Shown piece after piece: positions 55,224 to 64,000 of a stretch of 64,000 nt of DNA. Source of the DNA: Escherichia phage AV117; the sequence record OR352947.1; one strand, 5' to 3'. The notes below the pieces were generated by a model. The model worked only from the letters and a program-made list of their open reading frames with translations. It had not been told where the DNA came from and ran no database searches. The position numbers and the translations under genes were made by a program. The stretch's first letter is position 1; each line of letters begins with the position of its first letter.

Positions 55224-56956
55224 TGGAAATGATTAGCAGTAGCCTTAATTGGTTCGTGGGTGTTGTCGAGGACAGAATGGACCCATTAAAACAAGGGCGA
55301 GTTCGAGTTCGAGTCGTTGGTCTTCATCCGGCACAGAGAGCACAAGGTGATGTACAAGGTATTCCTACAGAAAAACTTCCATGGATGACTGTTATTCAAC
55401 CTATTACGTCTGCATCAATGTCAGGTATTGGCGGTTCTGTTACAGGTCCTGTTGAAGGAACTCGAGTATATGGTCATTTCTTAGACAAATGGAAAACAAA
55501 CGGGATTGTACTTGGTACATACGGCGGAATAGTACGTGAAAAGCCTAATAGACTTGAAGGTTTTTCAGACCCGACAGGCCAGTATCCGCGACGTTTAGGT
55601 AGTGATACTAACGTATTAAACCAAGGTGGTGAAGCTGGTTATTATTCAAACTCTAACGTAATTCAAGATAACAACTTGGATTATGGTATAAACCCAGACG
55701 ACACAGATTTAGCAAATATTCCAGAAGATGATGACCCTAATTTTACAATAACGGAAATGTTACGTCGTGACGAAGGTCTTCGTGATAAAGTGTATTGGGA
55801 CCATCTCGGATATCCTACAGTAGGTATTGGACACCTTATCGTAATGGAAAAGACCCGAGATATGTCTCGAATTAATAAATTGTTATCTGATCAAGTAGGG
55901 CGTGAAGTAACAGGAAATCCGGGAACTATTACATTAGAAGAAGCAACAGCGTTATTTGAGAAGGACCTTGCTAAGATGCAGAAAGACATTCGTTCTAATT
56001 CTAAAGTAGGTCCTGTTTATGCTAAAATGAACAGATCTCGCCAAATGGCATTAGAAAACATGTGCTTCCAGATGGGCGTCGGCGGTGTAGCAAAATTCAA
56101 TACTATGCTTAAAGCAATGGCCACAGGCGATTGGAAAACCGCATACAAATCTGGGCGTGATTCGTTATGGTTCCAACAGACTAAAGGGCGTGCTTCACGT
56201 GTAACAACAATTATTTTAACTGGTAACATGGAATCATATGGCGTTCCTGTTAAAACACCACCTTCACCAGGAGTTGGTGCCGATTTAGTTACTAGAAATA
56301 CTGATCCAGAAGACCCAGCTGGTCCTCCTGTTCCGTTAGATTCACGTATCCTTTTTAAAGAACCTGAATCAAGTTATCGTGGTGAGTATCCATACGTTCA
56401 TGCTATGGAAACAGAAAGTGGTCATATCCAAGAATTTGACGATACTCCAGGTAATGAACGTTATCGCTTAGTTCATCCAACAGGGTCATATGAGGAAGTT
56501 TCTCCGTCTGGGCGTCGTACTCGTAAAACTGTAGAAGACCTTTTTGACATCACTAATGGCGACGGGAACTTCTTGATTTCTGGCGATAAGCTTGTTAACG
56601 TTGGTGCTAATGAAATATATTATAACATGGCAGACCGCCTCCATCAAATAGACGGCAATGATACAATCTTTATTCGTGGTAACCAATCTAAAACTGTTGA
56701 AGGCGATGGAACTCTTTACGTTAAGGGCAATATCAAAATAGTCGTTGACGGAAATGCAGATATTCTTGTTAAAGGCGATGCTAAAACTCAGGTCGAAGGG
56801 AATCATGATTACACCGTAAACGGAAACGTTAAATGGACTGTTAATGGTAATGTTGATATGACTGTTGCTGGGGATTGGGCAGAAACAATGTCTACAATGA
56901 GCTCAGTAGCTTCAGGACAATACACTGTTGACGGATCTCGTATTGATATTGGGTAA
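55223..56956 (+). CDS. 5: baseplate hub and tail lysozyme gp5
   Basis: 577 aa; N-terminal OB domain, internal T4-lysozyme-like MLRRDEGLRDKVYWDHLGYPTVGIGHL, C-terminal VxGxxxx beta-helix repeats. Confidence 0.95.
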   Translation: MEMISSSLNWFVGVVEDRMDPLKQGRVRVRVVGLHPAQRAQGDVQGIPTEKLPWMTVIQPITSASMSGIGGSVTGPVEGTRVYGHFLDKWKTNGIVLGTYGGIVREKPNRLEGFSDPTGQYPRRLGSDTNVLNQGGEAGYYSNSNVIQDNNLDYGINPDDTDLANIPEDDDPNFTITEMLRRDEGLRDKVYWDHLGYPTVGIGHLIVMEKTRDMSRINKLLSDQVGREVTGNPGTITLEEATALFEKDLAKMQKDIRSNSKVGPVYAKMNRSRQMALENMCFQMGVGGVAKFNTMLKAMATGDWKTAYKSGRDSLWFQQTKGRASRVTTIILTGNMESYGVPVKTPPSPGVGADLVTRNTDPEDPAGPPVPLDSRILFKEPESSYRGEYPYVHAMETESGHIQEFDDTPGNERYRLVHPTGSYEEVSPSGRRTRKTVEDLFDITNGDGNFLISGDKLVNVGANEIYYNMADRLHQIDGNDTIFIRGNQSKTVEGDGTLYVKGNIKIVVDGNADILVKGDAKTQVEGNHDYTVNGNVKWTVNGNVDMTVAGDWAETMSTMSSVASGQYTVDGSRIDIG

Positions 56957-56959
56957 TAT

Positions 56960-57475
56960 ATGGCACAAATACTTCCTTTAAATACCGACTTAGGAGAAGA
57001 CATGGAAGGGGCGTCTATTGACGTCCTTTTTACTCCACAGTTAGAACCAACCGAAACTTTAGTGTCAATAAATATAACAGATTATGAACCGACACAAGGC
57101 ATTACGGTAGATGGTAATCGTTTATATGGAACATATGAAAGCGTGTTTAGCTTTTCTTCGGATGCATTGAAATACCGATTAAATGATGATTTTGAAACCG
57201 CATCTTCATGGGATGATTTACCAAAAGATGAATCCACACAGTTATATTTGTGGAGAGCTCCTCAGAATCTTCGTAAAGTGTTTAGTTATACGGTTGAAAT
57301 GATTTATAACTACCAAGAAGAAAGTTCATCAGGCGGTTCTAGAAGTGACTCTGGTACAGAACCTCCACCGGCTCCAGTACAAAAAACTCTTACTAAGGTT
57401 TATACAAAAACTATAGTAGGAAATTGGAGCAAATGGGCTCAACAATTACGAAACTATGTTTATGTGAGGCCGTGA
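56960..57475 (+). CDS. hypothetical protein downstream of gene 5 (5.1 position)
   Basis: 171 aa ORF. Confidence 0.6.
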   Translation: MAQILPLNTDLGEDMEGASIDVLFTPQLEPTETLVSINITDYEPTQGITVDGNRLYGTYESVFSFSSDALKYRLNDDFETASSWDDLPKDESTQLYLWRAPQNLRKVFSYTVEMIYNYQEESSSGGSRSDSGTEPPPAPVQKTLTKVYTKTIVGNWSKWAQQLRNYVYVRP

Positions 57476-57477
57476 AA

Positions 57478-57771
57478 ATGTCTGGCTTAAGTTACGACAA
57501 GTGCGTTACAACAGGTCATGAAGCATGGCCTCCTACTGTAATAAATGCTTCCCAATCTAAAGTGTTCACCGGTGGTATTCCTGTTCTTGTGGCAGGAGAC
57601 CAAATAACACCTCATACAGAAATTAAAAAACCATACGAGACTCATGGAGGTGTTACTGAACCTCGTACATCCAAAGTATACGTCACCGGTAAAAAGGCCG
57701 TTCAAATGGCCGACCCAATTTCATGCGGGGATACTGTTTCTCAGGCCTCGTCAAAAGTCTTTATAAAATAG
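57478..57771 (+). CDS. 5.4: PAAR-repeat spike tip protein gp5.4
   Basis: 97 aa from [14 protein letters not shown]; start set at ATG 57478 just after upstream stop. Confidence 0.8.
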   Translation: MSGLSYDKCVTTGHEAWPPTVINASQSKVFTGGIPVLVAGDQITPHTEIKKPYETHGGVTEPRTSKVYVTGKKAVQMADPISCGDTVSQASSKVFIK

Positions 57772-57779
57772 GAATTAAA

Positions 57780-59753
57780 ATGGCAAACACTCCTGTAAAT
57801 TATCAATTAACACGAACAGCGAATGCTATTCCCGAGATTTTTATCGGGGGCACATTTGCCGAAATCAAACAGAACATTATCGAATGGCTCAATGGACAGA
57901 ATGAATTTCTTGATTATGATTTTGAAGGTTCGCGTTTAAACGTATTATGTGACCTTTTAGCATATAACACTCTTTACATCCAACAGTTTAGTAATAGTGC
58001 AGTGTATGAAAGTTTTATGCGTACTGCAAACTTGCGTAGTTCTGTTGTACAAGCGGCTCAAGATAACGGATATCTGCCTTCATCTAAATCAGCAGCACAA
58101 ACAGAAATTATGCTCACATGTACGGATGCATTAAATAGAAACTATATCACCATTCCACGTGGCACTCGTTTCTTAGCATACGCTAAAGATACTTCTGTTA
58201 ACCCGTATAACTTTGTTTCTACTGAAGATGTCATTGTAGTTAAAGACAAAAATAACCAATATTTTCCACGTCTTCGATTAGCTCAAGGACGTATTGTTCG
58301 CACTGAATTAACATTTGATAGATTAAAACCTATCATTATTCGTGATAAGAATATTGACCGTAATTTGGTTAAGTTGTATGTTGACGGAGCAGAATGGATT
58401 AACTGGACTCGTAAGTCGATGGTTCACGCTGGTTCTACGTCAACAATCTATTATATGCGTGAAACAGTTGATGGGAACACCGAATTTTATTTTGGTGAAG
58501 GCGAAATCTCTATTAACACATCAGAAGGTGCGTTAACATCTAACTATATTGGTGGCCTTAAACCTGTTCAGGGTTCTAAAATCGTAATTGAGTATATTTC
58601 TACTAACGGCGCAGATGCTAACGGTGCTGTAGGATTTTCTTATGCCGATACATTAGCTAATATCACGGTAATCGGTATTAACGAGAACCCTAGCAATAAC
58701 CCAGACTTTGTTGGGGCTGATGGTGGTGGCGACCCTGAAGATATTGAACGTATCCGCGAATTAGGCACAATTAAACGCGAAACTCAACAACGTTGTGTAA
58801 CAGCTTCCGACTATGACACATTCGTCTCTGAGCGGTTTGGCTCTATTATTCAAGCGGTTCAAACATTCACAGATTCATCTAAACCAGGGTACGCATTTAT
58901 TGCTGCTAAACCTAAGTCTGGGTTGTATTTGACTTCTGTTCAACGTGATGATATCAAAAACTATTTAAATGATTATAACTTAGGGACTATTACACCTGTT
59001 GTTATTTCACCTGATTATTTGTTTATCAAAATGAATATCAAAGTCACATACGCGTTGAATAAACTCCAAGAATCAGAACAATATCTTGAAGGGCAGATTA
59101 TTAATAAAATAGACCGTTATTATATTGAAGATGTAGAAATTTTTAACTCATCGTTTGCAAAATCTAAAATGCTAACTTATGTCGATGATGCAGATATTTC
59201 TATTATTGGTTCTTCAGCTACTATTCAAATGGTTCGCGAAGTACAAAACTTCTATAAAACGCCTGAGGCCGGTATTAAATACAATAATCAGATTAAAGAT
59301 AGATCGATGGAATCTAATATATTCTCGTTTGATTCGCACAGACCTAATCCAGAAAATGCAAACGAAACTATTAAATATGGTGTTCGCATAGTATCTTCTG
59401 ACCGTAATGACCGTGGCATAGGTCAAGTTATTATTGGTCCATTTGCAGACGGTGATGTTGTTGAAAACGAAAATATACAACCTTATACAGGTAATGATTT
59501 TAATAAACTTACTGTTACTGACGGACGAAACAAATACTATTCAATTGGTGAAGTGAATTATCCTGCCGATTCGATTTATTGGAACATTGCTAAAATTGAC
59601 CTCACTTCAGACCGTTTTGAAGTTCAAACAATTGAACTTTATTCCGACCCTGCAGATGATATTATTTTTACAAAGGATGGTTCTTTAATCGTATTCGAAA
59701 ATGACTTACGCCCTCAGTACTTAACTATAGATTTGGAGCCTATTTCACAATGA
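57780..59753 (+). CDS. 6: baseplate wedge protein gp6
   Basis: 657 aa from MANTPVNYQL; AGGAA RBS; T4 gp6 is 660 aa. Confidence 0.88.
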   Translation: MANTPVNYQLTRTANAIPEIFIGGTFAEIKQNIIEWLNGQNEFLDYDFEGSRLNVLCDLLAYNTLYIQQFSNSAVYESFMRTANLRSSVVQAAQDNGYLPSSKSAAQTEIMLTCTDALNRNYITIPRGTRFLAYAKDTSVNPYNFVSTEDVIVVKDKNNQYFPRLRLAQGRIVRTELTFDRLKPIIIRDKNIDRNLVKLYVDGAEWINWTRKSMVHAGSTSTIYYMRETVDGNTEFYFGEGEISINTSEGALTSNYIGGLKPVQGSKIVIEYISTNGADANGAVGFSYADTLANITVIGINENPSNNPDFVGADGGGDPEDIERIRELGTIKRETQQRCVTASDYDTFVSERFGSIIQAVQTFTDSSKPGYAFIAAKPKSGLYLTSVQRDDIKNYLNDYNLGTITPVVISPDYLFIKMNIKVTYALNKLQESEQYLEGQIINKIDRYYIEDVEIFNSSFAKSKMLTYVDDADISIIGSSATIQMVREVQNFYKTPEAGIKYNNQIKDRSMESNIFSFDSHRPNPENANETIKYGVRIVSSDRNDRGIGQVIIGPFADGDVVENENIQPYTGNDFNKLTVTDGRNKYYSIGEVNYPADSIYWNIAKIDLTSDRFEVQTIELYSDPADDIIFTKDGSLIVFENDLRPQYLTIDLEPISQ

Positions 59754-62700
59754 CAGTAAAAGCGCCAGCAGTCACAAGTCTCAGAATATCCAAGTTGTCC
59801 GCTAACCAAGTTCAAATACGCTGGGATGACGTTGGTGCTAATTTCTACTATTTCGTAGAAATCGCTGAGACTAAAACGGCAGACGGGGAAATAATTCCCC
59901 CTGCCAGCTACAGATGGACAAATTTAGGATATACTCCTAATAGCGACTGGTTCGAAAGTAGCTTAGACCCATTAACTTCTTATATTATTCGTGTATCAAC
60001 TGCCGCCGAAGGCTTCGAGAGATCTGATTGGGTATATACCGAAATATTTGAATCATTTCAGACCAACGCGTATACATTTCAACATATGATTGAAATGCAA
60101 TTGGCTAACACTTTTATTAGAGAAAAATTTACAAATAACAACATGGCTTATGTCGATTTTAATAACGACACTATAATGGCAGCTCTAATGAATGAATCGT
60201 TCCAATTTAGCCCTGCTTATGCTGATATTTCATCTATTAAAAATTTCATTATTGGCGAAAATGAGTATCATGAAATTCAAGGTTCGATTCAACAGGTGTG
60301 TCATGATATAAACCGTGTTTATTTGATGGAATCTGAAGGAATTCTTTATTTGTTTGAACGGTATCAGCCTGTGGTTAAAGTCTCTAATGATAAGGGACAA
60401 ACCTGGAAATCGGTTAAATTGTTTAATGACCGTGTAGGGTACCCTGTATCAAGAACAGTGTATTACCAGACAGATCACACCACATATGTTCTTGGGTATG
60501 ATAAATTATTTTACGGCCGTAAATCAACAGACGTTCGTTGGTCTGCTGATGATGTGAGATTTAGTTCTCAAGATATAACATTTGCTAAAATTGGCGACCA
60601 ATTAAATTTAGGATTTGATGTAGAAATATTTGGTAACTACGCATCATTACCTGCTAACGTATCGCGTATTGCAGAAGCTATCGTTTGCAATGACGATTAT
60701 GTATACGTTGCTGCTCGAGATAAAGTTCGTTTTATTAAAACTAGTAATGCCCCTATTGATTCGGACCCATTATCTCCGACATATTCCGAACGTTTGTTTG
60801 AACAAGAAACATTTAACATCACAGGTAACCCTAAGGCAGTTTGCTATAAAATGGATTCTGTCGGTGGTAAAATATTTGCACTGATTATCGGTGAAGTTGT
60901 TAATCTTAATGACGACCCGAGGACCACTCCTATTGTTGATTCTGTTGATAAGGGTGTTTACGTTCTAGACCATGATGCTGGCACATTTAAACGTGTGTTT
61001 GGTAATACTGAAGAAGAACGCCGTCGTATTGAACCTGGGTACACCAGTATGTCTACTGATGGTGTTGAGTTATCTATTTCATCTAGTAATTTTAAATTTT
61101 TAGAATCAGATATTGTTGATGACCCAAAAACACAAGCCAAGTACGGTTTAATCGGTGCTGTTAAATACGAGTATCCTCGAGAATGGTTGGCTGATAAACA
61201 TTATCATATGATGTCATTTATTTCAACCGAAGACTCTCAATGGGAATCGTTCACTCCCCAACCGATGGAATACTATGCTGAGCCATTCTTTAGTTATTCT
61301 AGAAAGTCTGGTACTCGTTGTTGGATTAATAACTCAGACAAGGTCGTTGTAATTTATTCTGATTTACTTTACACTAAGGTTATTGAGAGTCATCCACTTA
61401 GTTCTCCAGACCGTGAAGTTCATGAATATTGGAAGGACGGTGACTGTACAATAGTGATGCCTAACGTAGATTTCACCGGATTTAAAAAATATGCATCCGG
61501 CATGATTTTCTATAAAGCATCAGGTGAGATTATTTCTTATTATGATTTTAGTTACCGTGTTAGAGATAATGTTTCTATAATTTGGAAGCCTACTAATGTA
61601 TTCTTAACAGCATCGTTACAAAACCAAGAAAAAGATACCACATGGTCTCCTGTGGAAGAGAACGGTATTGCGGACCCAGATTTACGACCATTGCTCACTA
61701 CAATGATGCCGGAGTCTTATCTTTTAGATAATACAAACTTCGAAGCATTCTGCGAGGCCTATATTCAGTATCTTTCTGACGGTTATGGGACCCATTATAA
61801 CAACCTTTTAAATCTTATTAAAAATCAATATCCGCGAGAAGAACATGCGTGGGAATATTTATGGTCTGAGATTTATAAACGAAACATTTACTTAAACGCC
61901 GAAAAACGCGATTTAGTGTCTCGTTTCTTTGAATCAAGAAGTTATGACTTCTATTCAACTAAAGGAACTGAAGCATCATATAAATTCTTGTTTAAAGTGC
62001 TTTATAATGAAGATGTTGAAATTGAAATTGAATCTAGTTCCGGGACCGAATATGATATCATCATTGAATCTGATTCGTTGACAGAAGATTTGGTCGGACA
62101 AACTATATACACCGCGACAGGACGTTGTAATGTGACGTATATCGAGAGAAGTTACTCTAAAGGTAAATTACAATGGGCTGTAACAATTCACAACCTCTTA
62201 GGTCGTTTAATCCAAGGACAGGAAGTTAAAGCTGAAAGACTCCCTGGTTTTGAAGGTGAAATTGTTCGTGGTATTAAAGGTAAAGAGCTTTCTCAGAACA
62301 ACATCGATTACATAAATCGTGGTAGAGCATACTACGTAATGAAGATTAAATCTAAACTTCCATCATCTCGTTGGAAATCAGACGTATTACGTTTTGTTCA
62401 TCCGGTTGGATTTGGATTTATCGCAATTACCCTTCTCACAATGTTTATTAACACCGGATTAACACTTAAACATGTTGAAACCATTATTAATAAATACAAA
62501 AACTATAAGTGGGATTCTGGATTACCAACTAAATATGCAGACCGAGTGGCTAAATTAGACCCACAAGGAAATGTTGAGTTTGACCCTATTACAGGTGAAG
62601 CGATATATGAAATAGGCCCTATGGCTGGTCAAGATTATCCATTGCCTGAAGATTATAACGCTGAAAACAATAACTCCATATTTCAAGGTCAACTTCCATC

Positions 62701-62848
62701 GGAACGACGTAAACTGATGAGCCCATTATTTGATGCGTCCGGAACAACATTCTCTAGATTTAGAGATTTGGTTGAACAGCGGTTAATCGATAATGTAGGA
62801 AATCCAAGAGACCCCGTGAATCCACCACAGGTTAAATTAGATGAATGA
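59750..62848 (+). CDS. 7: baseplate wedge initiator gp7
   Basis: 1032 aa, same length as T4 gp7; ATGA overlap with gp6 stop. Confidence 0.9.
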   Translation: MTVKAPAVTSLRISKLSANQVQIRWDDVGANFYYFVEIAETKTADGEIIPPASYRWTNLGYTPNSDWFESSLDPLTSYIIRVSTAAEGFERSDWVYTEIFESFQTNAYTFQHMIEMQLANTFIREKFTNNNMAYVDFNNDTIMAALMNESFQFSPAYADISSIKNFIIGENEYHEIQGSIQQVCHDINRVYLMESEGILYLFERYQPVVKVSNDKGQTWKSVKLFNDRVGYPVSRTVYYQTDHTTYVLGYDKLFYGRKSTDVRWSADDVRFSSQDITFAKIGDQLNLGFDVEIFGNYASLPANVSRIAEAIVCNDDYVYVAARDKVRFIKTSNAPIDSDPLSPTYSERLFEQETFNITGNPKAVCYKMDSVGGKIFALIIGEVVNLNDDPRTTPIVDSVDKGVYVLDHDAGTFKRVFGNTEEERRRIEPGYTSMSTDGVELSISSSNFKFLESDIVDDPKTQAKYGLIGAVKYEYPREWLADKHYHMMSFISTEDSQWESFTPQPMEYYAEPFFSYSRKSGTRCWINNSDKVVVIYSDLLYTKVIESHPLSSPDREVHEYWKDGDCTIVMPNVDFTGFKKYASGMIFYKASGEIISYYDFSYRVRDNVSIIWKPTNVFLTASLQNQEKDTTWSPVEENGIADPDLRPLLTTMMPESYLLDNTNFEAFCEAYIQYLSDGYGTHYNNLLNLIKNQYPREEHAWEYLWSEIYKRNIYLNAEKRDLVSRFFESRSYDFYSTKGTEASYKFLFKVLYNEDVEIEIESSSGTEYDIIIESDSLTEDLVGQTIYTATGRCNVTYIERSYSKGKLQWAVTIHNLLGRLIQGQEVKAERLPGFEGEIVRGIKGKELSQNNIDYINRGRAYYVMKIKSKLPSSRWKSDVLRFVHPVGFGFIAITLLTMFINTGLTLKHVETIINKYKNYKWDSGLPTKYADRVAKLDPQGNVEFDPITGEAIYEIGPMAGQDYPLPEDYNAENNNSIFQGQLPSERRKLMSPLFDASGTTFSRFRDLVEQRLIDNVGNPRDPVNPPQVKLDE

Positions 62849-63845
62849 TTCAAGTGTTATCTATCGTGCAATAGTTACATCAAAATTTAGAACAGAGAAA
62901 ATGCTGAATTTTTATAATTCAGTTGGGGATGGAGATGATAAGAACTCCATTTATATTACGTTTGGACGTTCAGAGCCTTGGGCGTCAAATGAAAATGAGG
63001 TGGGCTTCGCCCCACCTTATCCTACAGATTCTGTTCTTGGTGTTACTGATATGTGGACCCATATGATGGGTATCGTTAAAGTTTTACCTTCAATGTTAGA
63101 TTCTGTTATTCCTAGACGTGATTGGGGAGATGTGCGATATCCAGACCCTTACACGTTTAGAATTAACGATATAGTCGCATGTAATACTGCTCCGTACAAC
63201 GCGACAGAAGTTGGAGCTGGTTGGTTAATTTACCGTTGTTTAGATGTCCCTGACGTAGGGCTCTGTTCAATAGAATCTTTAGATAATAAAGATGAATGTC
63301 TTAAATTAGGTGGTAAATGGACTCCGTCTGTTCGTTCTATGTCTCCTCCTGAAGGCAGAGGCGATGCTAATGGGGTTATCGAAACCGGTGATGGGTATAT
63401 TTGGGAATACCTTTATGAGATTCCTGCCGATGTGTCAATTAACCGTTGCACTAATGAATATCTTGTAGTTCCATGGCCGGAAGAAATTAAAGAAGACCCC
63501 ACCCGTTGGGGATATGAAAATAACTTAACTTGGCAACAAGATGACTACGGCTTGATTTACCGTGTTAAAGCTAATACGATGCGGTTTAAAGCATATTTTG
63601 ATTCTGTTTATTTCCCTGAGGCAGCTTTGCCTGGTAACAAGGGTTTTAGACAGATATCAATTATCGCAAACCCGTTAGAAGCTAAGAAAAATCCAAATGA
63701 CCCTAATGTTAAAGCAGAAAAGGATTATTATGACCCTAGAGACCTGCAGCGTCATTCCGGTGAAATGATTTATATGGAAAACCGACCACCTGTTATTATG
63801 GCAATGGACCAAACAGAAGAAATTAACATTTTGTTTATGTTTTAA
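62841..63845 (+). CDS. 8: baseplate wedge protein gp8
   Basis: 334 aa, same length as T4 gp8. Confidence 0.88.
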   Translation: MNDSSVIYRAIVTSKFRTEKMLNFYNSVGDGDDKNSIYITFGRSEPWASNENEVGFAPPYPTDSVLGVTDMWTHMMGIVKVLPSMLDSVIPRRDWGDVRYPDPYTFRINDIVACNTAPYNATEVGAGWLIYRCLDVPDVGLCSIESLDNKDECLKLGGKWTPSVRSMSPPEGRGDANGVIETGDGYIWEYLYEIPADVSINRCTNEYLVVPWPEEIKEDPTRWGYENNLTWQQDDYGLIYRVKANTMRFKAYFDSVYFPEAALPGNKGFRQISIIANPLEAKKNPNDPNVKAEKDYYDPRDLQRHSGEMIYMENRPPVIMAMDQTEEINILFMF

Positions 63846-63848
63846 TTA

Positions 63849-63874
63849 GGGAGCCTTCGGGCTCCCATTTTTGT
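63849..63874 (+). terminator. rho-independent terminator
   Basis: GGGAGCC-UUCG-GGCUCCC hairpin then U-rich tract after gene 8. Confidence 0.6.
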
Positions 63875-63877
63875 ATC

Positions 63878-63885
63878 TATAAATA
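63878..63885 (+). promoter_or_regulatory. late promoter TATAAATA (gene 9)
   Basis: exact octamer 33 nt upstream of gene 9 ATG. Confidence 0.6.
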
Positions 63886-63917
63886 GAATATAATATAGGA
63901 CAACAAAAGGCAGAATT

Positions 63918-64000
63918 ATGGCATTTTTTAAGCAAACTCCTAAACAATTAATCGATACCGGCGAAATCGGTAATGCCTCAACAGGTGATATCTTATTCGA
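63918..64000 (+). CDS. 9: baseplate wedge / long tail fiber connector gp9 (5' fragment)
   Basis: MAFFKQTPKQLIDTGEIGNASTGDILF matches T4 gp9 N-terminus; runs off window end. Confidence 0.85.
   Translation, partial: MAFFKQTPKQLIDTGEIGNASTGDILF

Overview
This window reads as a contiguous segment of a T4-like (Tevenvirinae) myovirus genome. The 903-aa DNA polymerase matches the RB69-type gp43 from memory; no database search was possible and all coordinates were derived by hand. Gene order follows the T4 map: 43, regA, 62, 44, 45, rpbA, 46, 47, 55, nrdG, nrdD, 49, nrdC, rI, tk, regB, GrcA-like cofactor, internal proteins, denV, lysozyme e, nudE, two tRNAs, ipI, 57B, 57A, 1, 3, 2, 4 on the minus strand, then 53, 5, 5.4, 6, 7, 8 and the start of 9 on the plus strand. 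The most notable departure from T4 is a sugar-activation module downstream of gene 43 where T4 has imm: a SIS arabinose-5-phosphate isomerase, a small HAD phosphatase and a fused sugar-kinase/nucleotidyltransferase, plus a U32-family Fe-S protein. Together with the absence of alpha-glucosyltransferase between 47 and 55, this points to arabinose-type rather than glucose-type DNA hypermodification. The accessory regions (nrdC to rI, regB to denV, nudE to tRNA) carry many repeated early-promoter cassettes with a GTTTAC -35 and TATAAT-like -10, often with a palindrome or a GGGAC-UUCG-GUCCC hairpin. They also hold several paralogous gene families, six proteins with internal-protein capsid-targeting N-termini, two Pol-beta-type nucleotidyltransferases, an AAA+ ATPase, a macro-domain protein and a GrcA-like glycyl-radical cofactor whose C-terminal half looks host-identical.
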